Shown here piece after piece: positions 18,282-28,284 of a stretch of 64,000 bases of DNA. Source of the DNA: a virus; the IMG/VR virus record IMGVR_UViG_3300042452_000950, positions 2,457 to 66,456 of that record; one strand, 5' to 3'. The position numbers and the translations under genes are program-made. The notes under the pieces are model-generated. The model searched no databases. It was not told the DNA's origin and saw only the letters and a list, made by a program, of their open reading frames with translations. Every line of letters begins with the position of its first letter. Positions within the stretch are counted from its first letter, which is position 1.

Positions 18282-18780
18282 TCCTATCGGCGTGCCTCTG
18301 ATCCTGATTCGTCAGGTGCGCGCCTTTGTACAGGATTATGCGCAGGTCAATGAGCTTTTTGATGGACAAGAATCCACCGATGAGCTCATTGGCCGTTGTC
18401 TTGTCGACACAATTGATGACTGGAACTATACTCCACCACTAATTGGGGTTAATTACTCTTTAGCGCAACTAATTGAGTTACCAGCATTAGGCGCTATCCG
18501 CAAGAATGTCGTAGATATGGCCGCTGCTAGGTTGTTGCGCATCCTAGTTATAAAACATGCCCGTCAAGACATTCCCTATACAGCAGGCAACGTAAATATT
18601 CAACCCCACTCAATCTGGCGCAACCTTGAAGGAATTATTGCGCAGATGGAGGCTAAGTACGAAAACTTTAAGCTACGTTACAAGTCGGCACAGAACGTCA
18701 CTGGCGGTTACCGTGCAACAATGACCGAGCTTTATGACGGGTACGATTACGGATACGACGGGACTGTGGAAGAGTACTAA
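18250..18780 (+). CDS. Head-tail adaptor (neck) protein candidate
   Basis: Helical 176 aa, IRQVRAFVQDYA..IDDWNYTPPL; position after the capsid gene. Confidence 0.6.
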   Translation: MTEQQISQSNNPIGVPLILIRQVRAFVQDYAQVNELFDGQESTDELIGRCLVDTIDDWNYTPPLIGVNYSLAQLIELPALGAIRKNVVDMAAARLLRILVIKHARQDIPYTAGNVNIQPHSIWRNLEGIIAQMEAKYENFKLRYKSAQNVTGGYRATMTELYDGYDYGYDGTVEEY

Positions 18781-19274
18781 TGACAAAAGAGCAGGAAGCA
18801 TTCATGCGCGGCTACCTAGCGGCGCTACGCGAAAAAAATGATCCAAGTTTACTGGATCAGCAAGTAACGTCTTACAAGGCCATTCGGTCTGGAGAAGAAC
18901 TTCCAGCTAACCTAGTCGCCAACCCAGAACTAATTGGCAATCGTGCCGTTGAAGGATTCAAGAGTGGATTCTTACAGAGCGTTATTTGGGCGATATTAGG
19001 CGCTGTGGCAGGATTAGGAGTAGGATCTACCGTAGGCATTCCGATGCAAGGAGCCGCTGCAGGCGGAGCATTGGGGTCCGCTTTAGGTTATCCTATAGGT
19101 AACACTGTCGGTCAGTTGGGAGCTGATAGACGGTTCTTAGCACAAAGAGGACTAGAAGCTTCTAGACCTCTTCCTTTAAAGGAGGCGCTGTTGCACCCCG
19201 CGATGAGTGCGGCAGCTCCAATATCATCGTTTACACGAATTAGGAGAATGCAAAGCAATGGATCACGTATCTAA
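18780..19274 (+). CDS. Glycine-zipper membrane-like protein
   Basis: ILGAVAGLGVG, GAAAGGALGSALGYPIG (GxxxG repeats). Confidence 0.65.
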   Translation: MTKEQEAFMRGYLAALREKNDPSLLDQQVTSYKAIRSGEELPANLVANPELIGNRAVEGFKSGFLQSVIWAILGAVAGLGVGSTVGIPMQGAAAGGALGSALGYPIGNTVGQLGADRRFLAQRGLEASRPLPLKEALLHPAMSAAAPISSFTRIRRMQSNGSRI

Positions 19275-19587
19275 AAGAATAGTTGATGAGCTAGTAAAAG
19301 TCGCGTCAAAATATCGCGATGAGACTGACGCAGAGCGTGAAGAACGCGTTACCAAGAGTAGCCGCAAACTCGGCCGCGCCGCCGGTGCGTTGGCTGGAAT
19401 GGGGGCTGGCGGGTATTTAGGATTAAAATCTAAGCATCCTGCAGGCATTCCGCTGGGCATGATTCTAGGCGGTGCGACCGGTAGAGCTCTCGGCGGTAGA
19501 ATCGGTCAATACAGCGCGGAGGCCAGACTTGGTGCAAAGGAGCTGAGCACTGAGCGCCGCAAGAAGAAGCGCGGATTCTTCGGTTAA
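19258..19587 (+). CDS. Basic glycine-zipper protein with N-terminal ELVKVAS leader
   Basis: AGGAG RBS; GRAAGALAGMGAGGYLG, GMILGGATGRALGG. Confidence 0.7.
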   Translation: MDHVSKRIVDELVKVASKYRDETDAEREERVTKSSRKLGRAAGALAGMGAGGYLGLKSKHPAGIPLGMILGGATGRALGGRIGQYSAEARLGAKELSTERRKKKRGFFG

Positions 19588-19595
19588 GCTAAATC

Positions 19596-20474
19596 ATGAC
19601 CGAAAGTTCTGTCAAGTTCGGTCAGATTATAGTTGCCCAACAGACTACTGATTCGCAAGTAATCGGCTGGCAAATATTAGGCATTGGCGCTCCGATGACG
19701 GGCGCCATTGTCCGCATTTACCGGTCATATGTAGAAAACACTGGATACGAACTGATCGCATCAGTCCCTGCAACTTCTCTAGTTTACAGAGATGAAACAG
19801 TAAACCTGTCCGATCGCTGGAGAATACCTTTCTACAAACTGGAGGTTGTCGACGGTCTCGGTTACACGAGGATGAGTGCGCCAGTTCGTGTCAGTGGTGA
19901 GCAGCTGGCCCCTGGAATAGACCTAGTTCGGGCAACTATAACCCTTCTTAGACTAGGTGGAAATCCCATCTTGGTATACCAGCGTAAATTCGATACCACC
20001 GAACGGTGCTCAAACTGCTGGGATCCGAAGTTACGCCAGGTGACGATTTCTAACTGTGAGGTATGTTACAATACAGGCTACAGTGGGGGCTATCACCTAC
20101 CAGTTCTGACGCTAGCTATCATTATTCCAGAAATGAAAGTGGACATTCCGGGAGACACTCCGCGTCAACAGAGCGCAACGGAATCTACAATGTCCAATTA
20201 TCCGTTGATGCGTCCGAGAGACTTAATTTACGAGATTAATACGGGGCGTCGATTTAGGGTTGTAGCCGTTCGAACAGCTGAAAAGCATCGAATGCTCATA
20301 AACCAGACACTGCAGTTAGAGGTTTTAAACCCTAGCGATGTTGAGCATCGTATCCCTGTACCAGACATTTCAACGCTTACACCGGTTATAACTAGAGCGA
20401 GGGCTACCCATCGGGAAATGCTCCGCGATAATTTTTCACCCTCAAACGAGGCATTTAAAACAATCTACATTTGA
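19596..20474 (+). CDS. Neck/head-closure protein (FN3-like N-terminus, Cys-rich finger)
   Basis: CSNCWD..CEVCYNTGYSGGY; PRDLIYE..GRRFRVVAV stopper-like strands. Confidence 0.6.
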   Translation: MTESSVKFGQIIVAQQTTDSQVIGWQILGIGAPMTGAIVRIYRSYVENTGYELIASVPATSLVYRDETVNLSDRWRIPFYKLEVVDGLGYTRMSAPVRVSGEQLAPGIDLVRATITLLRLGGNPILVYQRKFDTTERCSNCWDPKLRQVTISNCEVCYNTGYSGGYHLPVLTLAIIIPEMKVDIPGDTPRQQSATESTMSNYPLMRPRDLIYEINTGRRFRVVAVRTAEKHRMLINQTLQLEVLNPSDVEHRIPVPDISTLTPVITRARATHREMLRDNFSPSNEAFKTIYI

Positions 20475-20515
20475 ACAAATCATATGTAGTCGCATAATTT
20501 TACAAGGAGATCTTT

Positions 20516-20746
20516 ATGGCAGTTTCATCAGAATCACGTTTTTTCCAATCAATGGCAGCAATCATTGGCTATCAGCCTGAGATTGAAAAGCAGGCTAGCG
20601 ACTCAGTAGATCCGATGGAGAAGATCGCTTCGATGTCGATAGATCAAATTATGGAAGACGACAACTTCCTCCGCGGTATTGAAGATCGTTTCGCCGCACG
20701 CGCCCACGAGATTGATGCAGCTATCACTGCATACATGATGCAATAA
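20516..20746 (+). CDS. Small K-x-A protein
   Basis: AAGGAG RBS; IEKQAS, MEKIAS. Confidence 0.7.
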   Translation: MAVSSESRFFQSMAAIIGYQPEIEKQASDSVDPMEKIASMSIDQIMEDDNFLRGIEDRFAARAHEIDAAITAYMMQ

Positions 20747-21531
20747 TGTCTTTTGGACCGGACTTCGGTGACTTAGTCACTCCCACGCTTAATCCGCTAA
20801 TATATCCTCGGCGGATTTTGATCGAAGTTCTTGAAAACTTTTTTTCGCAGGAACAATTAATCACACCCGACGGTATCACGGCTAATCCCTTCAAATATGT
20901 TCCTGAAGGCGATGAACCTGATAGAAGAAGTAGATTGATTATAGCGGACAGCTATAGTCAAGAACTATCTAGAAAAGATGTGCGGCCAACAGTTCTCATA
21001 GGACGGGGTCCACTAAATTTCACCGGCGGGACAATTAATTCAAGACGCGACAATTTTCTGATTCATCAGTTACCGTCTGGATCGCCTGCGATTGGATTTG
21101 AGTCTCGGTCTAAAAGTAATTTCTCAGATATGGTTGCAATGCCTATCTCGATCAACTGCTACGCCAGAAATGTGGCGGAAGTCGAGCAGTTGGCCTGGCT
21201 AGTTGCAGGTGTTCTCAAGTTTTTTAAACAGCAGATACGAGATGGGGCGCGTATCCACAAAATTGATAGTCCGTCGATTAGCGCCGCAAACCCGTTTAAA
21301 TCCGATAGCAGTATTGATCTGTTCGTAATTAACATCACACTAATGATGTACCAGACAATTGTTTGGGTGATGCAGAGTACGGCTACAACAGGAGCAATCA
21401 GAAACGGGCTTACGAATTTCTCTGGCAGCGATTATCCAAAGGTGTGGGGAAATCCAATTGGAATTGACGCCATACCACTGGAAATCAGTGACAGTCCTAG
21501 CCTGATTGCAAGATGGTTGAGTCCTGGTTAA
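20746..21531 (+). CDS. Tail terminator/completion protein candidate
   Basis: RPTVLIGRG, ISINCYARNVAEVEQLAWLV; directly before the sheath. Confidence 0.6.
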   Translation: MSFGPDFGDLVTPTLNPLIYPRRILIEVLENFFSQEQLITPDGITANPFKYVPEGDEPDRRSRLIIADSYSQELSRKDVRPTVLIGRGPLNFTGGTINSRRDNFLIHQLPSGSPAIGFESRSKSNFSDMVAMPISINCYARNVAEVEQLAWLVAGVLKFFKQQIRDGARIHKIDSPSISAANPFKSDSSIDLFVINITLMMYQTIVWVMQSTATTGAIRNGLTNFSGSDYPKVWGNPIGIDAIPLEISDSPSLIARWLSPG

Positions 21532-21547
21532 ATAGAAGGTAACTAAT

Positions 21548-24500
21548 ATGACTGGTAATAACTTACGTCCCGATATCAGAATCACGCAAGTATTCACCCC
21601 GCAGGCCCCCGTCGTACTGCCCGCGGACCTTCCCGTTGTTCTCCTCGGACTTAATAGAAAGTTTAACGTCCGTGTGCCGGTTGGGTCAAGCAGCTGGGCC
21701 GGAAGCGACGTGTCTTCATGGGAGGAATCGTTCCCGGTGACCGGAGCAGGTGCTTTCCTTGGAGGCACCGTTGATCCAACTACCGCGGTGAAAAGACTGC
21801 AGCCAAAAGTTCATATTTCTGGAACTTACGGCATCGCTCAAATACAAGACGTTACGTTTGATCTAGCTGCGACGCCCCCGACGTTCACTGTCGCTGCAGG
21901 CGCTGACGCAGAATTTTTAATGACGACCGGCGTTAGCGGTACGTACGCGGTTAATTCCTCATCGCCGTCTGTCGGAACGTTTGCTGATGATGATGGAGAC
22001 TTTATCGGTGACAAAGTAAGAGCCGGAGACAAAATCTACGTTGGTGGTGTGGCTACTTACGAAGTAATCACCGGCGGGCTCGTATCTGATACAGAGCTCC
22101 TTGTTACGAGAATTGATAAAGGTCCAAGCACCGCAGGCAACACCGAGACCACTAAGTTTGTCCTGACCCCGGAAGACTCAAACGACGTTCGTCGACTTAT
22201 TGTCAACAGTACATCATTCTCCGAGGCCGGTGGTTTCGTTGCCAACGGCGTTCGCACCAATGACCTTGTTCGTATAGACCACTGGGATACAGAAGTCGGT
22301 GGCTCCGGTGCTACATTCACCTACGTTGGAGAGAGTGAAGGGACTACGGTTAATAGCCAGGTCGTTCTTTCTGACGAGCGCGTGATCACCTATCCAACCT
22401 CTGAACAAGCGCGTGCATGGAATAACAGCACCCAGGTCGGCGGTGTGACATTCCTGCTTAATGACCTTAATGAGTTCTACCCAGCGTTCTACAACGCCAG
22501 CTCACCAAGTAGCTCGGTAACGACACAGATCGTAAAGGACTACGTATCTACGCCGCTTCTCCCTGAGGCGGATGAAGACGTTGGCGGGGTGTTCAAATCG
22601 TATGACTACGCAAGACGCCGTAGTCCGTCGGCGACCGGTTCGTTTACCGCAGAAGTAGACGGCCTACGCACGTTTACTGACAGTCAGGCAAAACTGTCTG
22701 GTCTTCAGATCAATGACCACGTCGCGGTCAAAGACACCGACGGAATCTACCGCCCAGTATTCGTTGTGACCGCGAGCCCTGTAAGCGGCTCGATGGAAGT
22801 CGAGCAGTTCACGGAATCTCTGATCAACGTCAACTTCTCGGCCTCGAACGTCGAGTATGTCATCCTCAACCCAGGAGCTCCGTATGCGCAATTCCTGGGT
22901 GCGGGTGTAGGCAAGACTGCTGATCATATCGTAAACATCGACGGAAACTCTGCCCCGACAATCGGCTCCTACACCTTAAGTGGTGATGAGCGTAAGTTTA
23001 CCGCAGGTGGCGCCTCGTTCAGCACGAGCACCGTAAGCGAGGGAGATCTAATTTTCTCTGACTCAGGTATCCTTGCTTACGTTGTGACCTTCGCCCCATC
23101 TCCGTCAGCCGCAGGCACATCACTAGCGGTTAAACTTCACGACTACTCTGGTTTCGTACTTGGCAGCGGCGACACGGTATCCCCGTTCGGATACTCGATT
23201 CGCCAGGATGGTAATCGCGCAGACTTCCGTGTCCGCCGCGTAGTTAGCTCAACTGAACTAGAGCTGGCCGCGCTTACCACCACGCCTAACGTAATCCCAG
23301 GGACAAAGCTTGTTAAGGGCGGAATTTACTTCCAAACGCCGATCAACGCGGTCGCGAATACGTACGGCTCTAACCCAGCTCTCGTAATCGCCCCAGATTC
23401 ATCGTCGTCCTTGTCGTACGAAGTGAAGAAAACGATTTCGGGAGCCGATCTATCTGGCCAGTTGTTACTTTCGTACTCTGAGGTACGTAACGACCAGCCG
23501 ACCATGATCGAGGTAAACTCGTCGAACTACGAAGATCAACTCGGCCCAGCAGTCCCTGACAACCCGCTGTCACTGGCGGCCCAGATTGCTACTGCTAACA
23601 CCGATACGGCAGTAATGGCGATGCAGGTTGCCACTGACGATGTTAGCGGATGGACGGACGCACTAGATGCAATCAAAGTTGATACGATTTACTCAGTTGT
23701 CCCGCTAACGCAGGATCCAGCTATCTTAACACTTGCAGCTACTCACGTTAACACTGAGTCGCAGCCAGATAACAAGAGAGAGCGTATCCTCTATCAAAGC
23801 GCGCTGTTCCCAAGATCGACTACCGTCTTTACTAGAAATCAAGAAGAAATTACTATAGAGCGAGACGGAGCCGGTGTTACCACTCTCAAGATTGTTGGAG
23901 AAGACTTTAGCACCGTCATCTCGTCTACGAACGTGGTCACTGGAACAGCATTCAACGGTACCGAGGAGATCGAGTTTTCGGGAACTGTTCAGGACGTTGA
24001 TTACACAGGTGATACAGAATTAGTAGTTCTACTCACTACTTCCACGATCGCTGTCAGCACGGCTGCTCTATCAGTAGTCACACTTGAGATCAACACCAGA
24101 CTACTGACCGACGCACAGCTACGTGATTCGGTGGCAGATTACGCCACAAATATGGCGAACCGCCGTATCCGTAACCTTTACCCGGATAACATCACGGTAA
24201 ACTTTACGGACACGACCGATGCGACCAACGGCATCTACAGCAGCGGAGAAGTTACAGCTTACGCAGCTGGTGGTTTCTATCTGTGCGCAATGGAAGCAGC
24301 TAAGCGGGCGAACTACGGGCCAGCTAAGCCACTAACAAGAACGCCAGGTGCGGGAATCAATACGATCGTTGATCCGTTCGTTAAGAAGCCCGCTTTCCAG
24401 GATACCATGATTAACGCAGGTATCTACTACATGGAGCAGCCTAGCGGAGCAGGTACTGCGGTTCAGGCCATCAGGGCTTTGAGCACTGATACGACCGACC

Positions 24501-24790
24501 TTGTCTTTGCTGAGGACAGTGTGACGACCCAGATTGATAACTTTGCAAGACTGCTGCGTCGCCAGCTTAGACCACTGGTTGGTCCATACATCTTAGATGA
24601 GGCGTTCTTCACATTGATCAGCACCCAGCAGCAGGCTGTAATTAACTTACTGTTAGCGAATAAGCACATGAAGACAGTAAAGCTCAACAGCATCTCTGAA
24701 GATCCGGACGTAGCTGATACGTTCCGCATGAACTACACCGTCCAGCCTTTCTACTCTGGAGCAAGAGGAGATATCACGATTTATGTATAA
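21548..24790 (+). CDS. Contractile tail sheath protein with large beta-rich insertion
   Basis: N-terminal LRPDIRITQVF..PVVLLG; WTDALDAIK..YSVVPLT; C-terminal EDSVTTQIDNFAR..YTVQPFYSGARGDITIYV; 1080 aa; precedes the tube gene. Confidence 0.85.
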   Translation: MTGNNLRPDIRITQVFTPQAPVVLPADLPVVLLGLNRKFNVRVPVGSSSWAGSDVSSWEESFPVTGAGAFLGGTVDPTTAVKRLQPKVHISGTYGIAQIQDVTFDLAATPPTFTVAAGADAEFLMTTGVSGTYAVNSSSPSVGTFADDDGDFIGDKVRAGDKIYVGGVATYEVITGGLVSDTELLVTRIDKGPSTAGNTETTKFVLTPEDSNDVRRLIVNSTSFSEAGGFVANGVRTNDLVRIDHWDTEVGGSGATFTYVGESEGTTVNSQVVLSDERVITYPTSEQARAWNNSTQVGGVTFLLNDLNEFYPAFYNASSPSSSVTTQIVKDYVSTPLLPEADEDVGGVFKSYDYARRRSPSATGSFTAEVDGLRTFTDSQAKLSGLQINDHVAVKDTDGIYRPVFVVTASPVSGSMEVEQFTESLINVNFSASNVEYVILNPGAPYAQFLGAGVGKTADHIVNIDGNSAPTIGSYTLSGDERKFTAGGASFSTSTVSEGDLIFSDSGILAYVVTFAPSPSAAGTSLAVKLHDYSGFVLGSGDTVSPFGYSIRQDGNRADFRVRRVVSSTELELAALTTTPNVIPGTKLVKGGIYFQTPINAVANTYGSNPALVIAPDSSSSLSYEVKKTISGADLSGQLLLSYSEVRNDQPTMIEVNSSNYEDQLGPAVPDNPLSLAAQIATANTDTAVMAMQVATDDVSGWTDALDAIKVDTIYSVVPLTQDPAILTLAATHVNTESQPDNKRERILYQSALFPRSTTVFTRNQEEITIERDGAGVTTLKIVGEDFSTVISSTNVVTGTAFNGTEEIEFSGTVQDVDYTGDTELVVLLTTSTIAVSTAALSVVTLEINTRLLTDAQLRDSVADYATNMANRRIRNLYPDNITVNFTDTTDATNGIYSSGEVTAYAAGGFYLCAMEAAKRANYGPAKPLTRTPGAGINTIVDPFVKKPAFQDTMINAGIYYMEQPSGAGTAVQAIRALSTDTTDLVFAEDSVTTQIDNFARLLRRQLRPLVGPYILDEAFFTLISTQQQAVINLLLANKHMKTVKLNSISEDPDVADTFRMNYTVQPFYSGARGDITIYV

Positions 24791-25178
24791 AGCAATGACA
24801 AAAATTGCCGAAGGACTGTCAAAGACAGCCTTCGGAATTAGAAGAGGCGCGATGTACGGCGCGTTAGGTGGCGCAATGCTCGGGGCAGCCAGAAAAGCTA
24901 CGGATCCTAACTATGAAGGTCCTGGAATACTTTCGTCAGCTGCCAGTGGTGCAGCATTTGGAGGACTGACCGGAGGAGCACTAAAGCACACTAGAGTTGG
25001 ACGAGAAGCTAAGGTTGGTGTCGGGCGCTTGTTTAGAGGTAAGTCAGCGTACCCTGGTGCTACACCAACCCCAGCGCAAGTCCCCGCGCCGCCCACAGCG
25101 CCCGGCGCAGCGCCGACGCGCTCGCGCAGAACACAAAACCGCCCCGGCGCCGTGACAGCACGGAACGTACCCCGCTAG
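24783..25178 (+). CDS. Glycine-zipper protein with K-x-A leader and Pro/Arg-rich tail
   Basis: MTKIAEGLSKTAF then GAMYGALGGAMLG, GAAFGGLTGG. Confidence 0.65.
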   Translation: MYKAMTKIAEGLSKTAFGIRRGAMYGALGGAMLGAARKATDPNYEGPGILSSAASGAAFGGLTGGALKHTRVGREAKVGVGRLFRGKSAYPGATPTPAQVPAPPTAPGAAPTRSRRTQNRPGAVTARNVPR

Positions 25179-25225
25179 CAACGACTGGCGCTTTCAGCGA
25201 AAAGCGGATTAAATAAGGAGTTTAT

Positions 25226-25939
25226 ATGGCTAATTACTTAGACTGGAACTGGGCTGGAGAACACGTCCAGAGTGAAGTGAAGAACGGTGAGTATCTCTCA
25301 TCAGAATCAACCTTACTCCTAGCGGGCCCATCTCGGTTTGTTCACCTCAACACAGCAGGCGGACTTACTAACTCTATTGTTCCGCTCGGACTCATTTCAA
25401 ATATGAGCATGTCGCAGCAGCGCGGCGTTCAACGTTTGTATGAGATCGGATCTAAGAGAGCGTACTTTGTCCCAGGAAGAATGTTCGCAAACTTCAACAT
25501 GGGTCGCATTATGTTCTACGGGCCGTCACTGATGCGTATGCTTTATGCACTCGCACCTGTTGGCCTAAACTCTGAGTTAGGACCTTTCGGAGCTCCGCTA
25601 GCTACGGGCGCCGCACAGCCGCAAACGCCTCCGGATTATCAAGCCCTCTTCCCAAATACCACGCTCGCGTCCGCCCCAGGATTTGGTGGAACCGGTACAG
25701 GGAATGATATTGAGAACAGAGACTTCTTTATCAACCTGGGTTCTGAACTGTTTAACGTTCCTTTTGGACTGATTGTTGTCTTCAAAGACACGAGAAACCG
25801 TCCTTATGGCGCGACATACTTAGAAGAATGTTATCTAGAAACTCACGGAATGAGTCTAGATTCTGGCTCAATTGTGATTGGTGAGCAGGTATCAGGTCAG
25901 TTCGATACCTTGACACCAATTCAGCTAGTTACTGCCTAA
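25226..25939 (+). CDS. Tail tube protein
   Basis: QQRGVQRLYEIGS..YFVPGR, YLEECYL; follows the sheath; AAGGAG RBS. Confidence 0.75.
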   Translation: MANYLDWNWAGEHVQSEVKNGEYLSSESTLLLAGPSRFVHLNTAGGLTNSIVPLGLISNMSMSQQRGVQRLYEIGSKRAYFVPGRMFANFNMGRIMFYGPSLMRMLYALAPVGLNSELGPFGAPLATGAAQPQTPPDYQALFPNTTLASAPGFGGTGTGNDIENRDFFINLGSELFNVPFGLIVVFKDTRNRPYGATYLEECYLETHGMSLDSGSIVIGEQVSGQFDTLTPIQLVTA

Positions 25940-25954
25940 AATTAAAGTCATCCT

Positions 25955-25986
25955 AAATAACTAGGGCAGGAGCCCTAGTTATTTTG
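25955..25986 (+). terminator. Terminator between convergent tube and sigma genes
   Basis: Perfect 13-bp stem AAATAACTAGGGC-AGGA-GCCCTAGTTATTT. Confidence 0.7.
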
Positions 25987-26823
25987 ATTCCGAAATACTG
26001 ACTCAGATTCAAGCGACTTCATTTTTCTCCACAACATTCGTAATCCGGAGTTTTCTAGTTGGCGAATACGCTCTCGGGTGTAGCCGTAAAATTTAGCTAG
26101 ATCGTCGTACGTCTCAGAAGTTTCATATCCAAGCCCGTAGTGTCTACGAATGATATCTTCTAATTCCGGGGGAAGTTCATTCAGAGCCGCCTCTAGCTGT
26201 TCGTAAGTTTCGCTAGAAATCAGGGACTGAATACCTGCGGCCTCGTCATCTATGAGAAGGGGATCGTTGTTCAGTACACCGGCTTCCGATGCTGACTCGA
26301 TCTTTTCTAAAGGTATGATTTGTTTATCTGCGTCATGCAGGAATGTAGCTACGGTCTCTCCATCCCAATTAAGCGCACCGAACACTTCTTCCTGCGAAGG
26401 AATATGTCCTAAGTCTTCCTTAAGTTTGTTAAACATCGATCGAAATTTAACATGCAAGGATTTATGCTGGTGTGCCTTAGGCTGGATGCTGATAATGGTT
26501 TTTCGGATCTTCGCTTGAATCCACCAGACAGCATAAGTAGAGAACCGGTTGTTCTTCTCAACCTTAAAATCATCAATAGCTTTTAAAAGGCCGAGTGTTC
26601 CGGCGGAAACAAGATCCATCGCCTTAGCATCGTTTGAGTCGACAAACCGTAGAACACAGCTAAGAACAAGGCGCATGTTGTGCACGATAAACTTGTTTTT
26701 AGCCGCTTCGTCTCCTGCCTTAATTCTCAGGAGAAGTTGCCGTTCTTCCTCAGCATTAAAGAGACCCTTGTCGCGGAACTCCTCGTAATAGCGCTGAAAA
26801 TCGGTTTTGTCTTTATTACTCAT
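25975..26823 (-). CDS. Sigma70-family (RpoD/RpoS-like) RNA polymerase sigma factor
   Basis: HNMRLVL, DLVSAGTLGLLKAIDDF, RFSTYAVWWI (region 2), TYDDLAKFYGYTRERIRQLE (region 4.2). Confidence 0.93.
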   Translation of the reverse strand: MSNKDKTDFQRYYEEFRDKGLFNAEEERQLLLRIKAGDEAAKNKFIVHNMRLVLSCVLRFVDSNDAKAMDLVSAGTLGLLKAIDDFKVEKNNRFSTYAVWWIQAKIRKTIISIQPKAHQHKSLHVKFRSMFNKLKEDLGHIPSQEEVFGALNWDGETVATFLHDADKQIIPLEKIESASEAGVLNNDPLLIDDEAAGIQSLISSETYEQLEAALNELPPELEDIIRRHYGLGYETSETYDDLAKFYGYTRERIRQLENSGLRMLWRKMKSLESESVFRNQNN

Positions 26824-27227
26824 GCTCTGAATGTGTCCTTAATTTGCTGGATGATCTGAGATCGGATGAGAGGTGCCTGCATAACTGGGACTTCAAAATA
26901 GATAAAGTCCCAACAGTTCCTAAATTCAGGGTTTGCGCTACCTGATGCAGACGCCGTCTTAATATTAAGACGAGAGACTAGGTCGTAAAGCGACTTACCG
27001 ACGGTCTGCATATCACTTATCGAGATATGTCGGAAGTGAAATATAATCTTAGCGGTTGACGCATATGTAGTATCGATAGCATGCTCGATGATCATTTGCG
27101 GACTCTTAGGTGTCGCAAAAAGCATCGTCTCGTATTTAACGGGTGTAACGCCGGAAGGAACCATGCTCTTCACAGCGTCAATTGTTTCTTTCCAGTCGTT
27201 TTTCTTAGGTAGCGGAGTTTCGGTCAT
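26820..27227 (-). CDS. Hypothetical protein
   Basis: 135 aa, GAGG RBS, ATGA overlap with the sigma gene. Confidence 0.65.
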   Translation of the reverse strand: MTETPLPKKNDWKETIDAVKSMVPSGVTPVKYETMLFATPKSPQMIIEHAIDTTYASTAKIIFHFRHISISDMQTVGKSLYDLVSRLNIKTASASGSANPEFRNCWDFIYFEVPVMQAPLIRSQIIQQIKDTFRA

Positions 27228-27687
27228 TTATGGCCTCGTTTAGCGTTTCTATCAGGTCTTGTCCATTTTTGAAAAACTCGATCCAAAAATGTGTTGGATT
27301 TGAGTTTAATTGTATTAGACAGCAGAGACCCACCAAGTATCCAGAGCCTCCATATCGATAACCCTGTGTCTTGAAATGAATACCGTGTTTCCATGCAATA
27401 TCATAGAGCGACGTATACCATTTTTTTGGAAGTCTCGTGCGAATTGGTGGAGTGTCATACCAATTTTCGTTACTCAGGGTATAGCATACTATCTTATCCC
27501 ATCCCAACTCTTTTTCCGATTTTCGGACAAAAAATCGTAAAATTTCAGGAATCGATCTATTCGATCCTCGGACAATCTGTCTTAAGGCCAGAGTTATTGT
27601 TGGCGTCGTGCAGACCTTGACCAGCATCCCCTGGGAATGAAGTTTTAACAACTGTCTCCCAAGTTGCCCCGCATTGGTCACAGACAT
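27205..27687 (-). CDS. Hypothetical protein (start uncertain)
   Basis: Open frame in operon; 5' part overlaps the Zn-ribbon ORF. Confidence 0.45.
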   Translation of the reverse strand: MSVTNAGQLGRQLLKLHSQGMLVKVCTTPTITLALRQIVRGSNRSIPEILRFFVRKSEKELGWDKIVCYTLSNENWYDTPPIRTRLPKKWYTSLYDIAWKHGIHFKTQGYRYGGSGYLVGLCCLIQLNSNPTHFWIEFFKNGQDLIETLNEAINDRNSAT

Positions 27688-27772
27688 ATTGAAATAGTCC
27701 CACTTCTCTTACAGCCTCTATATGGTTATTAGGACAAGCAATCACCGTATATTTGACTAGTTCTTCGGACAT
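27557..27772 (-). CDS. Small Zn-ribbon-like protein
   Basis: CPNNH..CDQCG; start overlaps the end of the RuvC gene. Confidence 0.5.
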   Translation of the reverse strand: MSEELVKYTVIACPNNHIEAVREVGLFQYVCDQCGATWETVVKTSFPGDAGQGLHDANNNSGLKTDCPRIE

Positions 27773-28278
27773 GTTGAAAGTGCTACCCATCCTAAAGCTA
27801 TGGCATCCGAGATATCGTGATGGCTTTTTAGAAGTCCCGCCTCAAATCCTAGGCGAGTGAGATCCGCCTTAAACTTTAAATTGATAATTTTTCGGGTCTC
27901 GTCTTTTTTATCTCTTTTAGCTTTGTTTTCAATTCTTGCGCGAACAGTGCTCGCAGTAATTAGTATAGGATCAAATCCAGCCATTGCAGCCGTCATCTGA
28001 GCAACCCCAATTGACATGGCTACCTTTGTCAGGGCACCGAAATTTGGAGCTCCCATATTAAATTTAAGATCTTCAATGGCGACGTGAGTTGGTGAGTGCT
28101 TTTTGATTAAATCAAGTATTTGTCTGTGAAAATCAAAGAAGCGGGTAGCCATGCTGTCGTCGGAGTCCAGCTTAATTGTTCCTGCCGCAGCAAGAATGGG
28201 GGGATCCACATCGTTTTGTGTTATTACACTAAATCCACAAACACGAGTAGCACAATCAAGGGACAGGATGGACAGCAT
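27757..28278 (-). CDS. ruvC: RuvC-like Holliday junction resolvase
   Basis: ILSLDCATRVCG, HVAIED, HDISDAIALG acidic catalytic set. Confidence 0.85.
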   Translation of the reverse strand: MLSILSLDCATRVCGFSVITQNDVDPPILAAAGTIKLDSDDSMATRFFDFHRQILDLIKKHSPTHVAIEDLKFNMGAPNFGALTKVAMSIGVAQMTAAMAGFDPILITASTVRARIENKAKRDKKDETRKIINLKFKADLTRLGFEAGLLKSHHDISDAIALGWVALSTCPKN

Positions 28279-28284
28279 GGCTAT

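Noticed and set aside
1-25939. Portal and tape-measure genes
   Set aside because: No ORF here could be recognised as either; probably outside the window.
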